A stretch of 56,901 nucleotides of DNA from an uncultured Clostridia bacterium. GTDB lineage: Bacteria > Bacillota > Clostridia > TANB77 > CAG-508. A program made the position numbers and the translations under genes. This document shows, one piece after another, positions 22,042 to 32,806 of this stretch (position 1 is its first letter; every line of letters starts with the position of its first letter). Location: contig CANPZM010000003.1 of NCBI GenBank assembly GCA_947589065.1, positions 1 through 56,901 on the forward strand. Reading direction: 5' to 3'. Under the pieces are notes generated by a model that searched no databases, had not been told where the DNA came from, and saw only the letters and a list, made by a program, of their open reading frames with translations.

Positions 22042-22634
22042 ATTTTATCCATTATCTCCTTCAATTTTTTTTCCAATCTTTCTTTTGTTCCATCATTTTC
22101 TATTACATAATCAGCCTTTTCAATAAAAAACTGATTAGAATTTTGTATTTTTAGTCTCTGTTTTGCTAATTCTTTATCTATATTATCTCTTTCACAAATT
22201 CTTGAAATCTTTTGCTCATCATCAGCAATAACTGCAATAACAATATCACAAATATCTTCCATTTTTGCTTCATATAAAAGTGGAACATCTATACATACAT
22301 ATTCCAAATTATTTTCTAATCTTAATTGGTTAAGAATTTTTACAATTTCATTTACTACATACTTAAAAGTTAATAAATTAAGCTGATTTCTTTTCTCAGA
22401 ATTGTTATAAATTATCTCTGCTATCTTTTTTCGATTTAAGCATCCATCTTTTTGTAAATTATCTTTGCCAAACAATTTTATAATTTCTTTAAAATAATCT
22501 GTATTTACATCATTGCTTAATTTTTTTGCAATCTTATCAGCATCAATAACTTGAGCATTATACATATTTTTTAAGAATTCACTAAGAGTTGTTTTTCCCG
22601 CACCAGAAGGTCCAGTCACACCAATAACTTTCAT
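22038..22634 (-). CDS. coaE: Dephospho-CoA kinase
   Basis: IGVTGPSGAGKT, IDADKIA, DVPLLYE. Confidence 0.93.
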   Translation of the reverse strand: MKVIGVTGPSGAGKTTLSEFLKNMYNAQVIDADKIAKKLSNDVNTDYFKEIIKLFGKDNLQKDGCLNRKKIAEIIYNNSEKRNQLNLLTFKYVVNEIVKILNQLRLENNLEYVCIDVPLLYEAKMEDICDIVIAVIADDEQKISRICERDNIDKELAKQRLKIQNSNQFFIEKADYVIENDGTKERLEKKLKEIMDKI

Positions 22635-22645
22635 AAAAACACATC

Positions 22646-23083
22646 CTATTCTATATTTTTTATAGCCTCTCTAGCTAATTCGTCACATCTATTATTAAAC
22701 TCATTATCACTATGTCCCTTTACCTTTATAAATTCTGTATCATGCATTTTTACAAGTCCATATAGTTTCTCCCATAATTCTTTATTTTTAACTGGTTTCT
22801 TATCAGCAGTTTTCCAATTATTTTTTTGCCAGTTATAAATCCAGCCATTATTAAAGGCATTTACAACATAAGCACTATCACTATATATTTTTACTGAGCA
22901 TTTATACTTTAATAGCATCAATGCATTTATAACAGCAGTTATTTCCATAATGTTATTAGTTGTATTTTTATCTCCTCCAGAAATTTCTTTTTTATTATTC
23001 TTATACATTAATATAGAGCCCCATCCTCCAGGTCCTGGATTTCCTGAACATGCCCCATCTGTATATATAATAACATTTTCCAT
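22646..23083 (-). CDS. rnhA: Ribonuclease HI
   Basis: [33 protein letters not shown]. Confidence 0.97.
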   Translation of the reverse strand: MENVIIYTDGACSGNPGPGGWGSILMYKNNKKEISGGDKNTTNNIMEITAVINALMLLKYKCSVKIYSDSAYVVNAFNNGWIYNWQKNNWKTADKKPVKNKELWEKLYGLVKMHDTEFIKVKGHSDNEFNNRCDELAREAIKNIE

Positions 23084-23178
23084 AAATACTCCTTTTAGCT
23101 GTTTTTTTGCATTATTTCATAATCTATGATATTATATCAATAATTTGTTAATTATACAATAAAGAAAGGATAAAAAAA

Positions 23179-24363
23179 TTGGACGAAACACTAGTAATTA
23201 TATCTGAATATAATCCATTTCATTTTGGGCATTTATACCATTTACAAGAATCTTGTAAAAATATTTCCGCTAATTATAAAATTGCTATTATCTCAGGAAA
23301 TTTTGTGCAACGTGGTGAACCAAGTATTATAAATAAATGGGAAAAAGCTAAAATAGCACTTCAAAATGGATTTGATTTAGTTATTGAACTACCATGTATA
23401 TATGCAATTTCTAGTGCTGAAAATTTTGCATATGGTGCAATTCAAATTATTAATCAGATTAAACCAAACTATTTATCCTTTGGAAGTGAAGATGGAAATA
23501 TACAAAATTTATATAATCTTACAAAACTAATTTCTGAAAATCAAAAAACATATGACTCAGAAGTTAAGAAAAAACTTTCAAAAGGATTTTCATATCCTAA
23601 ATCCCAAGAGCTAGCTATAAATGAATTATTTAATAGTAATTTTAATAAAATATGCAGTCCAAATAATATATTAGGTCTTGAATATTTAAAAGCTCTAAAT
23701 AAAACAAATTCAACTATAATACCATTAACAGTAAAAAGAAATACTCAATTTTCTTCATCTTCATATATACGTAGTTTATTGCGAAAATCAATAAAATCAG
23801 ATTTAGCACAGTATATTCCAGAAAATTGCAATACTATTCTGCAAAAAAATATAGAACTTGGTCAATATGTACTATATTTAAAAAAATATGAAAAAGAAAT
23901 AATATATACAATTCGTAGAATGTCTATCGCCGATTTAAAAAACATTCCAGATATTTCAGATAACTTAATTTCTAAAATAAAATCATCTGCAGATTGTTGT
24001 AATACATTAACAGAATTAATAAAACTCATAAAAAATAAAAGTATTACCCAAGCCAGAATACAAAGAATTTTATTATATATACTTCTAGGCATAACAAAAA
24101 AAGATATGCAAATTTCTAAAAGTACTATACCCTACATAAGAATTTTAGGCTTTAACAATAAAGGGAAAAAAATAATCTCAAAAATTTCAAAACAATCTCC
24201 TAATGTCATTACTTCTTTAAAAAATTTTGAAACAAATTGTAAAAATCAAAATTTGCTTAGACTATTAGAAATTGATAAATTAGCAACTGATATTTACACT
24301 TTAGCATATAAACATGGCTCTAAATCACATTTAGACTATACAACAAAAATAGTTGAAATATGA
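23179..24363 (+). CDS. tmcAL: tRNA(Met) cytidine acetate ligase (YlbM family)
   Basis: EYNPFHFGHLYH, SGNFVQRGEP, PNNILGLEY, YIRILGF. Confidence 0.88.
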   Translation: MDETLVIISEYNPFHFGHLYHLQESCKNISANYKIAIISGNFVQRGEPSIINKWEKAKIALQNGFDLVIELPCIYAISSAENFAYGAIQIINQIKPNYLSFGSEDGNIQNLYNLTKLISENQKTYDSEVKKKLSKGFSYPKSQELAINELFNSNFNKICSPNNILGLEYLKALNKTNSTIIPLTVKRNTQFSSSSYIRSLLRKSIKSDLAQYIPENCNTILQKNIELGQYVLYLKKYEKEIIYTIRRMSIADLKNIPDISDNLISKIKSSADCCNTLTELIKLIKNKSITQARIQRILLYILLGITKKDMQISKSTIPYIRILGFNNKGKKIISKISKQSPNVITSLKNFETNCKNQNLLRLLEIDKLATDIYTLAYKHGSKSHLDYTTKIVEI

Positions 24364-24374
24364 AAGGATTAAAA

Positions 24375-25247
24375 ATGCAAAAATTAATTGTTGAAAAGAA
24401 ATTTGATAATAAAAAATTAAGTGAATTCTTATATTCGCACTTTAATGGATTAACATCATCAACATTTTATAAAGCATTAAGAAAAAAAGACATTAGAATA
24501 AATGATATTAGAATAAAAGAAGATACAATTATTCATGAATTTGATACTATTTCAGTTTATATAATTGATGATTTATTGTACAAAAATATTCCTATAGATA
24601 AAATATATGAAGATAATAATATTTTAATTATTAATAAACCAATTGAAATTGAAGTAATTAGTAAGACAAATCAAGAAAGTCTCACATCTATATTAAAAAA
24701 GGAATATTCATATATTGAGCCATGTCACAGATTAGATAGAAATACAACTGGATTAGTACTTTTTGCAAAAAATCCAGAAGCTTTAAACATACTTTTAGAG
24801 AAATTTAAAACTAAACAAATTAAAAAGAATTATTGTTGTGTTGTTTATGGTCAAATGAATAAACAAGAAGAATTACTAAAAGCCTATTTGTTTAAAGATA
24901 CCAAAAAAGCAATTGTATATATTTCCGATTCTCCTAAAAAAGGTTATCAAGAAATATTAACAAAATATTCCGTAATTTCAAACAATTTATCTAAAAATAT
25001 ATCTTTGCTTGATGTTGAGCTTATCACTGGTAGAACTCATCAAATAAGAGCACACTTATCGCACATTGGTCATCCAATAATTGGTGATGGAAAATACGGT
25101 AAAAATGAAATTAATAAAAAATTTAATCAAAAATATCAACTTTTAGAAAATTATAAAATAACATTTTCTTTTTCAACTGATGCTGGAATTTTACAATATT
25201 TAGACAAAAAAATAGTCAAAATTAAACATTCATTCAATCTTGACTAA
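24375..25247 (+). CDS. RluA/RluC-family RNA pseudouridine synthase
   Basis: HRLDRNTTG, GRTHQIRAHL, HPIIGDGKYG; N-terminal S4-like region; start taken at the second ATG (AAGGA upstream). Confidence 0.92.
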   Translation: MQKLIVEKKFDNKKLSEFLYSHFNGLTSSTFYKALRKKDIRINDIRIKEDTIIHEFDTISVYIIDDLLYKNIPIDKIYEDNNILIINKPIEIEVISKTNQESLTSILKKEYSYIEPCHRLDRNTTGLVLFAKNPEALNILLEKFKTKQIKKNYCCVVYGQMNKQEELLKAYLFKDTKKAIVYISDSPKKGYQEILTKYSVISNNLSKNISLLDVELITGRTHQIRAHLSHIGHPIIGDGKYGKNEINKKFNQKYQLLENYKITFSFSTDAGILQYLDKKIVKIKHSFNLD

Positions 25248-25256
25248 TTTCTAGTT

Positions 25257-25817
25257 TTATTTTTCAAATAAGCTTAATAATTTTGCTACAGCACCTATAA
25301 TTTTGTTACATTTTGTTTTAGCAAAATTCTTTCCTAAAGCCTTTCCTGCAACTGTAAATGAAGCAACAAAAGCACTCATAATAAACTGAATATTAACAGT
25401 TAATCCTAAAGAAGCTGTGATTTTTATTGTTAATATTGCACTTATCGCTCCACTCAATACACCGCAAATATCACCTATTACATCTGCACAAATGTTAGAA
25501 ACTTTAGGTGCAGATCTCACTAATTTTAGAGCAGTTTTTGCTCCTTTTACTTTTTTCGATGCCATAGCATGGAATTCTTCTTCAGTTGCACATGTTACTG
25601 CAACACCAATTATATCAAATAATACCCCTACAAAAATAACAACAATTAAAACAATTAGAGCTGGTATTATTTGCAAATTATTGATACTCGTTGTTGATAT
25701 ATATGAAAAAAACATTGAAAGAAAAAATGTTAAAATAAATACAGTAAAAAACCAACTTATTGTTTCATTCTTTTGTTTTTTCATTTTCTTCTCTAATTTC
25801 GTTTTCAAATATTTCAT
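25257..25817 (-). CDS. oapA: OLE-associated protein A
   Basis: 4 TM; FDIIGVAVT, FHAMASKKV, SNICADVIGDICG (DxxxD); directly downstream of OLE RNA. Confidence 0.9.
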   Translation of the reverse strand: MKYLKTKLEKKMKKQKNETISWFFTVFILTFFLSMFFSYISTTSINNLQIIPALIVLIVVIFVGVLFDIIGVAVTCATEEEFHAMASKKVKGAKTALKLVRSAPKVSNICADVIGDICGVLSGAISAILTIKITASLGLTVNIQFIMSAFVASFTVAGKALGKNFAKTKCNKIIGAVAKLLSLFEK

Positions 25818-25869
25818 CCTCTCTTACTTTTCTTAAGTTTCTATATACAAAAAATTTCTACTTTATTTT

Positions 25870-25925
25870 AAAAAAAGAGATTTGTTTGAAATAGTATTAC
25901 TAACTATTTTAAATAAATCCCCTTT
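25870..25925 (-). terminator. Putative intrinsic terminator between OLE RNA and oapA
   Basis: Minus strand GGGGATTTATTTAAAATAGT-loop-ACTATTTCAAACAAATCTC followed by T7. Confidence 0.55.
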
Positions 25926-25943
25926 ATATTACGTATATAAAGA

Positions 25944-26503
25944 TGGTAGAAATTTAAGTAAATTTTACGGTTTAAGGTCTAGCAGAATTTCTCTATTTCT
26001 TACTAAACATTACTGCTTAGCCGTTTCCATTTAAAAGAAATATTCCAATTTTTTAGGAAAGCTAGATCGCCACTAAAATCCGTACCTTAATCCCTAAATT
26101 TCCCTGCTTTTTAATAAAGCAAACATTCTAGAAGTTTTCCTTTATGCACTAACCCTATTATTAGTCTCTTTTGCAATAATGATTTCATAGTTTTAAACAA
26201 AAAACGTGGCCCCATTATTTGCTTAAATAGCAACTAATCCCAAGATTATCACTCAAGACGATTTATTGTACAAACAATAAGTACACTAAAAACTAGATAT
26301 ATCAACCAATGGATATATGGTGATAGCGAAAATAGGAAAACAAATATATGCCATTATATCCTATCCTACTCTCTTTACTCCCTACAAACACACAAAACTG
26401 GCATTTTACGCATAATATAGGAAACTTTTATCTAAATAAATCATGTGTGGATTTTTAGCCCCACCCTCATAATAGATAGTACAACTAGAATAATGCACCA
26501 CCA
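25944..26503 (-). ncRNA. ole: OLE RNA (ornate large extremophilic RNA), about 560 nt
   Basis: Minus strand has OLE-like blocks in the expected order: GGTGCATTATTCTAG, GGTGGGGCTAAAAATCCAC, GGGAGTAAA, AATGGCAT, TCTTGAGTG, TTGCAAAAGAGACTAA, AGGAAAACTTCTAGA, GGATT..CGGATTTTAGTGGCGAT, GGAAAC, CCGTAAAATTTACTT; 5' TGGTGG can pair with 3' CTACCA; followed by oapA. Confidence 0.9.
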
Positions 26504-26509
26504 ATTATA

Positions 26510-26538
26510 ATTATAACAAAAAAATACTTTGATATCAA
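26510..26538 (-). promoter_or_regulatory. Sigma-A promoter of OLE RNA
   Basis: TTGATA-N17-TATAAT with extended -10 (TGn), ending 6-7 nt before the predicted 5' end. Confidence 0.75.
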
Positions 26539-26597
26539 ATTCTATCTAAAAACTATTTAGTTAAATTCGCTATCAAAGTAATTTTTTACATTATTTT

Positions 26598-28991
26598 TTA
26601 TTTATTTTTCTCTTTTTCTCTTTTCTTTTCTTCCTTTTTCTTCTTTTTTGAATTTTTATCATCAGTATCATTATTTTCTTTTTTATCAGGTTCTTTTTTT
26701 ACATTTTCTTTAAGTGTTACATTATACTCTTCAACATAAATTTGGATTAATTTTGGGTATAAATCATCCGCTTCTGCAAAATACCTATTAGACTTTACTT
26801 TTCTTTTATCTACTAATTCAAAATCAAACATATTCGCATCAATTAAAACTTTAGAAGTCACATCCATTCCATTTGGAAGAGTATTATTAGTATTATCATA
26901 ATATATACAATTTGAAAGAAATACCATAGGGTATTTTTCTTTCATATTCAATTTTATTAATTTTATAGAAGTTTCAAACTTATTTTCATAAGATGATAAT
27001 TCTTTCTCTGCATTTATGTCAAAAATATTATAATCTTTAGGATGCAATTTTTCATTAACTGCTACTACTTTATAAATTGGTATATCATAATTAGTTTGAA
27101 TTTTATGCATTGATTCAGCCAAAGAACCAACTATAGATTGTAATTTCTCAGTAAAATCAAATACATCAATCTTTTTATTTACATCTAATATTAAAAATTT
27201 ATCTTTTTCATTTTCTCTATGAGATTTATTATTTAAATATTTTACAACAGTTGAATCATTTTTCATAGAGCCAAAAATATCAAATTCATTTTTAATTAAT
27301 GTTGGAGACGTTCTAAAATATTCACTTTTTAGGTTTCGTAATAATTCATCAATCTCATCTCTATTCATTACATTATCCTTAAGCATATTGATTATAGGCA
27401 ATACATTAGTCGTTGTAATGAAAATACTATCCATTTCCTGATTTGAAAATTTTACCCTCTGTTGCTTATCATAATATATTCCTAAATCTTCAAAATCATA
27501 ATCATAATCAAATTTCTTTTTTATGTTTAATATTGAAGAATCATATGAGTTTTCACCAGTGTCCAATTCAAGTAATTCATCTTTATTAGCAAATTTCCAA
27601 AAATCAAATAAACTTTTTTTATGTTCATCAATTTCATTAAGATATATTGTTGCATTTTCAACTTTTTTCTTTGTATTTTCTAATTTCAATTTTAAAGCAT
27701 TAATATCTTGTTCCAAATCCTTAACATATCTTTCATTCTTAACAAATAAAGCTTGTATAGTAACTAAATCATCTATTGTATGATATTTTTTATTATCAGC
27801 ATATCCTTGAATTGGTTTTGGTTCTTTACTTTCCTGAACTTCGTTTTCCTCAGTTGTTAATTCTTCACTTGTTTTCCTGAATTTTCTCTTTGAAAAGAAA
27901 TATTTCACTTTACCTAAAAAAGTCTTTTTGCACTCTAAATAAACAGCAATTTGCTTTTGCTTAATAAAATATTCAGCATCCAATTTTTTAGACTCTTCTT
28001 TTAAACCTTTAAGTTTTTTCTCCAAATTAAATGCCTTTTTATTAAATTCTTTTATTAGCCCTTCTGTTTCAATATACTCATTCTTTATAAATTCTGGTAA
28101 ATCATTATAAACAATTTTCTTGTCTTTATAATAAAATTCAATTTTATCGTTATTATCAACTTGAGTTATAAATTTATATGTATCATTAATTTCTGTTTGC
28201 AAAATAAATAATGCTCTAGCTAATTTATAAAATTCCATTGCCTCTTCTTTAGATGATAATATAATTTTATACATAGATTTTAAATTATCATATATAGGCG
28301 TTTGTCCAATAATGTACAATGACATATTTTCATTTTTATCATATACTTCATATGTTAAAGGCCAATTTTTAGTAAAAATCCATAAATAGTTTTCCAAATC
28401 ATTTATTTCTTTATTAGTTAAAAACTTTTCACTATAATTAACATACGAAATAGGAATATATATTTTTTCGTCTTTTCCTGATTTTTCAAGTTCTATTTTC
28501 TTTTTTAATAAATAGAAAAATTCATTAAAAGTATCTTCTTTTAATGATACTAGCATAAAATATTTATCTGTAGCATCTGAATAATAAACTTGCCATAATT
28601 GGTCTCTAAAATAATGTACTGTAAAAGGAATTTCCTTATTCATTTTTGTCTGCTCATTTTCGATTCTTTTTACACTTATGCTAGAAAATTTTTCAAATAC
28701 ACGCAATAATTCTGCTGACTTTTCTGAATCATCTTCACTTTGTCTTATATATACACCTAATGGAACAGCTCTATTGTATTTTTCTTTTACTGTATCATCT
28801 CTATGTGAAGGTGTACAATAAATATCAATATCCCTAATAGAAACATATTTGTAAATTTTAAGCTCTTTATCATTATTTAATCTAGACGAATTAAATGATA
28901 AAGGTTTAACTTTACACAAAAAATCAGGCAAATTATCAAAATCTAAACCTATTAAATCCAATTTTTCTTTTATATCTTCTTTAGTAGCCAA
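26598..28991 (-). CDS. Hypothetical large protein with central coiled coils
   Basis: 797-codon ORF with AGGAGG RBS; no family recognised. Confidence 0.75.
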   Translation of the reverse strand: MATKEDIKEKLDLIGLDFDNLPDFLCKVKPLSFNSSRLNNDKELKIYKYVSIRDIDIYCTPSHRDDTVKEKYNRAVPLGVYIRQSEDDSEKSAELLRVFEKFSSISVKRIENEQTKMNKEIPFTVHYFRDQLWQVYYSDATDKYFMLVSLKEDTFNEFFYLLKKKIELEKSGKDEKIYIPISYVNYSEKFLTNKEINDLENYLWIFTKNWPLTYEVYDKNENMSLYIIGQTPIYDNLKSMYKIILSSKEEAMEFYKLARALFILQTEINDTYKFITQVDNNDKIEFYYKDKKIVYNDLPEFIKNEYIETEGLIKEFNKKAFNLEKKLKGLKEESKKLDAEYFIKQKQIAVYLECKKTFLGKVKYFFSKRKFRKTSEELTTEENEVQESKEPKPIQGYADNKKYHTIDDLVTIQALFVKNERYVKDLEQDINALKLKLENTKKKVENATIYLNEIDEHKKSLFDFWKFANKDELLELDTGENSYDSSILNIKKKFDYDYDFEDLGIYYDKQQRVKFSNQEMDSIFITTTNVLPIINMLKDNVMNRDEIDELLRNLKSEYFRTSPTLIKNEFDIFGSMKNDSTVVKYLNNKSHRENEKDKFLILDVNKKIDVFDFTEKLQSIVGSLAESMHKIQTNYDIPIYKVVAVNEKLHPKDYNIFDINAEKELSSYENKFETSIKLIKLNMKEKYPMVFLSNCIYYDNTNNTLPNGMDVTSKVLIDANMFDFELVDKRKVKSNRYFAEADDLYPKLIQIYVEEYNVTLKENVKKEPDKKENNDTDDKNSKKKKKEEKKREKEKNK

Positions 28992-29067
28992 TTATTATAT
29001 TCCTCCTTGATACATTTACAATGTAAGTATACCATAACAAAAATTTTTTTCCAATATGATTAAAAAA

Positions 29068-30828
29068 TTATATTATTTTTTGTTCAATTTCATCTTTTAT
29101 TTTAGAAATAAATTCATTTAAGTCCATTTGTCCAACATCACCCTGTTTTCTAATTCTTACTCCAACAGCATTAGCTTCAACTTCTTTTTCCCCTAAAATA
29201 AGCATATAAGGAACTTTTTGAAGCTGTGCTTCTCTAATTTTATATCCAATTTTTTCTTGTCTATCATCTAATTCAACTCTAATATTATTTTCTTGTAATT
29301 TTTCTTTAACTAATTTAGCATATTCCAATTGACTATCAGAAATTGGTAAAATTGAAACTTGTACAGGAGAAAGCCATAGAGGAAATGCTCCAGCAAAATG
29401 TTCAGTAATAATTCCAATAAATCTTTCAAAAGAGCCAAATAAAGCTCTATGAATAAGAATTGGAGTTTTCTTATTTCCATCAGAATCAATATAAGATAAA
29501 TTAAAACGTAATGGAAGTTGAAAATCAACCTGAACAGTTCCCATTTGCCACTCTCTTCCTAAGCAATCTTTCATTTTGATGTCTATCTTTGGTCCGTAAA
29601 ACGCACCATCACCCTCATTAATTCTATAATTATCTTTTCCACATAATTCATCTAATACTTGTTTTAAATTAGATTCAGCTTTATTCCATAATTCAATATC
29701 CCCCATATAATCATCTGGTCTTGTAGATAAAGTTAATTCAAAATCTAAGCAAAAAATTCCATACAAATATTTTGCAATTTCTATTATATCCTTAATTTCT
29801 GAACCAATCTGTTCTTCAGTTATGAAATTATGAGAATCATCTTGTCTAAACATTCTAACTCTAAACAATCCATTTAATTGTCCAGATTTTTCATTTCTAT
29901 GAATTACATCAATATCATTAAAACGCATAGGTAAATCCTTATAGCTTCTCAATTTTGATGCAAATATTTTAATAGCATTAGGACAATTCATAGGTTTTAA
30001 AGCCTGTTCTTTTCCATCAGAATCAGTTAATACAAACATATCTTCTTTGTAATGATCCCAATGTCCAGAAGTTTTCCATAATTCACTACTATTTAATTGT
30101 GGTCCTGAAAATTCTAAGTAACCCCTTTTCTCGTGCTCCTTTCTCCAAAAATCAATCAAAATATTCATCATTTTAAATCCTTTAGGCATCCAATATGCCA
30201 TACCTGGAGCAGTTTCATCAAAGAAAAATAATTCAAGTTCTTTACCAAGTTTTCTATGATCTCTTTTTTTAGCTTCTTCAATCATATTTAAATATTCATC
30301 AAGTTCACTTGCCTTTGGAAATGATATACCATAAATTCTTTGAAGCATTTTATTATGTTCATCACCTCTCCAGTAAGCACCTGATGAAGATAATAATTTT
30401 ATAGCTTTAACACATCCTGTAGATGGTAAATGTGGTCCTCTACATAAATCTGTAAATTCACCTTGTTTATAAAAAGAAATAACTTCTCCATCTGGTAAAT
30501 CTTTAATTAATTCAACCTTATATGGTTCTTGTTTTTCCTCCATAAGTTTTATAGCATCTTCTCTTGAAAGTTCAAACCTTTCTATAGGAAAATCTTCTTT
30601 AATTATTTTTTTCATTTCCTCTTCAATTTTTGCTAAGTCCTCTTCAGTAAATGGTTTTTCAACATCAAAATCATAATAAAATCCTTTTTCTATTGATGGT
30701 CCAATAGTAACTTTTGCATCTGGAAATAACCTTTTAACAGCTTGTGCCATAATATGTGATGTTGTATGCCAATACATAGAGTCCTCTACTTCTTGAGTTC
30801 TACCTCCACCTAATTTAATTTTAAACAT
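29068..30828 (-). CDS. thrS: Threonyl-tRNA synthetase (lacks most of the N-terminal TGS domain)
   Basis: HTTSH, DLCRGPH, RDHRKLG, KPMNCP, GAFYGPKID, IHRALFGSFERF. Confidence 0.97.
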   Translation of the reverse strand: MFKIKLGGGRTQEVEDSMYWHTTSHIMAQAVKRLFPDAKVTIGPSIEKGFYYDFDVEKPFTEEDLAKIEEEMKKIIKEDFPIERFELSREDAIKLMEEKQEPYKVELIKDLPDGEVISFYKQGEFTDLCRGPHLPSTGCVKAIKLLSSSGAYWRGDEHNKMLQRIYGISFPKASELDEYLNMIEEAKKRDHRKLGKELELFFFDETAPGMAYWMPKGFKMMNILIDFWRKEHEKRGYLEFSGPQLNSSELWKTSGHWDHYKEDMFVLTDSDGKEQALKPMNCPNAIKIFASKLRSYKDLPMRFNDIDVIHRNEKSGQLNGLFRVRMFRQDDSHNFITEEQIGSEIKDIIEIAKYLYGIFCLDFELTLSTRPDDYMGDIELWNKAESNLKQVLDELCGKDNYRINEGDGAFYGPKIDIKMKDCLGREWQMGTVQVDFQLPLRFNLSYIDSDGNKKTPILIHRALFGSFERFIGIITEHFAGAFPLWLSPVQVSILPISDSQLEYAKLVKEKLQENNIRVELDDRQEKIGYKIREAQLQKVPYMLILGEKEVEANAVGVRIRKQGDVGQMDLNEFISKIKDEIEQKII

Positions 30829-31004
30829 ATAAATTCCTCCTAAATTAAATATTTTAGAAATTTATTTTAAATCATTTTTTCTATTGAGGATTTTTGTAAA
30901 TGAACAAATTATAAAACTTAATACTAAAATCATTAATAATTTTTTCATAATTTTGTTCTCGTGCCAAATTTTATTTCATAAAATTTGTAAAATAGCAACT
31001 TAAA

Positions 31005-31237
31005 TACAAAAATCCCCTACAAGTCGAAATGACTTATAGGGGTAAGTTTATTTCTTTTTTCTTACGGTTCCACCCTAATGTTTAACTCTTTACCGTTTTA
31101 ACGCAACTTCCACGCTTCTCTTTCAAGAAGAAACTCCAGGATAGTTTTTCAAAAATGTTTATTAAGATTAGCTTTCAGCCTATTGACTAATCATCTCTGT
31201 TAATAACCTCTTTTTTACTTTTTCCCTTCATCGTTTA
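31005..31237 (-). promoter_or_regulatory. T-box riboswitch (Thr) upstream of thrS
   Basis: Stem I with AGAGA and GCTGAAAG, probable specifier ACT (31143-31145), T-box AGGGTGGAACCG, antiterminator CTTACCCCT and terminator CCCCTATAAGTC..GACTTGTAGGGG-T5. Confidence 0.9.
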
Positions 31238-31244
31238 TAAAAAC

Positions 31245-31273
31245 ATTTTAAAACATTATTTAATAAAAGTCAA
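31245..31273 (-). promoter_or_regulatory. Putative sigma-A promoter of the thrS leader
   Basis: TTGACT-N17-TAAAAT. Confidence 0.6.
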
Positions 31274-31296
31274 ATTTTTCAATTTTTTAATTATTT

Positions 31297-32598
31297 TTAG
31301 TATCCAGGTTTTTCAAGTAATTTGAACATATTTCTTTTATATTCTTCAACTCCAGGTTGATTAAATGGATTAACACCTAAAAGCATACCAGACATAGCAC
31401 AAGCTTTTTCAAAGAAATATATTAAATGTCCTAAATTTTCTTCATCTAATTTTTCAATTGTAACCATAAGATTAGGAACATTTCCACTTACGTGAGCTTG
31501 CACTGTTCCTTCCATTGCCTTTTTATTTATATAATCTAAACCTTTTCCTACTAAATAATTTAAACCGTCAACATTATCTCCATCTTCTTTTATTTCAATA
31601 TCAGATCTTGATTTTTCAACACATAAAACAGTTTCAAATAAATGGCGTTCTCCATCTTGAATATACTGTCCCATTGAATGTAAATCTGTTGTTAAGTCAA
31701 CCCCAGCTGGGAAAATTCCATGACCATCTTTTCCTTCACTTTCACCATATAATTGTTTCCACCATTCAGTAAAATAATGTAATTGTGGTTCATAATTAGC
31801 TAAAATTTCAATCTTCTTTCCAGAGTTATATAATAAATTTCTAACAACAGCATATTTATAGCAATCATTAAATTTTACGCTAGAATCCATATACTTTTCT
31901 CTAGCATCTCTAGCCCCACTCATTAATTTATCTATGTCAATTCCAGCAGTAGCAATTGGTAATAATCCAACAGCAGTCAAAACAGAAAATCTTCCACCTA
32001 TATTATCAGGAATAACAAAAGTTTCATAATTTTCAGAATCTGCCAATCCTTTTAAAGCTCCCTTTGACTTATCTGTTGTAACATATATTCTCTTCTTAGC
32101 TTCTTCAAATCCATATTTAGATTCAATAGCTTCTCTTAATATTCTAAATGCAATTGCAGACTCTGTAGTAGTTCCAGATTTTGAAATTACATTTATTGAT
32201 ATATCCTTTTCCCCAATTAAGTTTAATAAATCATTCATATAATTAGGGCTTAGATTATTTCCAGCATAAATAACCATTGGAAATTTTCTTTTTTTAGCTG
32301 GAAGATAATTATAAAAACAATTAGTTATACCTTCAATAACAGCTCTAGCACCAAGATAAGAACCTCCAATACCTATAACTATCAATACTTCCGAATCAGA
32401 TTGAATTTTTTTTGCAGCTTTTTTTATTCTTTCAAATTCACTCTTATCATAATTCTCAGGAAGATTAATCCATCCAAGGAAATTACTTTCATCATCAGGA
32501 TTTTCATGCAAAAACAAATGATTTTTTGAAACCACCTCTTCCATCTCATAAATCATTCTTTCATTAATACTTGAATTCTTAAAATCAAATTTAACCAT
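31297..32598 (-). CDS. pgi: Glucose-6-phosphate isomerase
   Basis: [32 protein letters not shown]. Confidence 0.97.
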   Translation of the reverse strand: MVKFDFKNSSINERMIYEMEEVVSKNHLFLHENPDDESNFLGWINLPENYDKSEFERIKKAAKKIQSDSEVLIVIGIGGSYLGARAVIEGITNCFYNYLPAKKRKFPMVIYAGNNLSPNYMNDLLNLIGEKDISINVISKSGTTTESAIAFRILREAIESKYGFEEAKKRIYVTTDKSKGALKGLADSENYETFVIPDNIGGRFSVLTAVGLLPIATAGIDIDKLMSGARDAREKYMDSSVKFNDCYKYAVVRNLLYNSGKKIEILANYEPQLHYFTEWWKQLYGESEGKDGHGIFPAGVDLTTDLHSMGQYIQDGERHLFETVLCVEKSRSDIEIKEDGDNVDGLNYLVGKGLDYINKKAMEGTVQAHVSGNVPNLMVTIEKLDEENLGHLIYFFEKACAMSGMLLGVNPFNQPGVEEYKRNMFKLLEKPGY

Positions 32599-32623
32599 AA
32601 ACTTCCTCCTTTATTTAAATCTT

Positions 32624-32652
32624 ATTATATAAATAAAAAAAATTGAAGTCAA
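32624..32652 (-). promoter_or_regulatory. Putative sigma-A promoter of pgi
   Basis: TTGACT-N17-TATAAT. Confidence 0.65.
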
Positions 32653-32653
32653 T

Positions 32654-32806
32654 GGGACGGAGAAAATGACACACTTCAAAATTTGCCACTGGAAACTGGT
32701 TGTCAATGGATTGTCAATTTTGGATGACTGTCTCAAAAGCTGTCAAAGGGAGACGGAGAAAATGACACGTTTTAAACGTGTCATTTTCTCCGTCCCCCTT
32801 TGACAG
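32654..32806. repeat. GC-rich REP-like palindromic element
   Basis: 33-bp inverted arms at 32740-32806 (one mismatch, 1-nt centre) plus a third copy GGGACGGAGAAAATGACAC at 32654. Confidence 0.8.

Noticed and set aside
25417-25836. 139-aa plus-strand ORF and other short antisense or alternate-frame ORFs in the track (e.g. 1778, 3142, 7569, 9395, 10815, 13691, 47689, 54193)
   Set aside because: They overlap well-supported genes and have composition typical of shadow ORFs.
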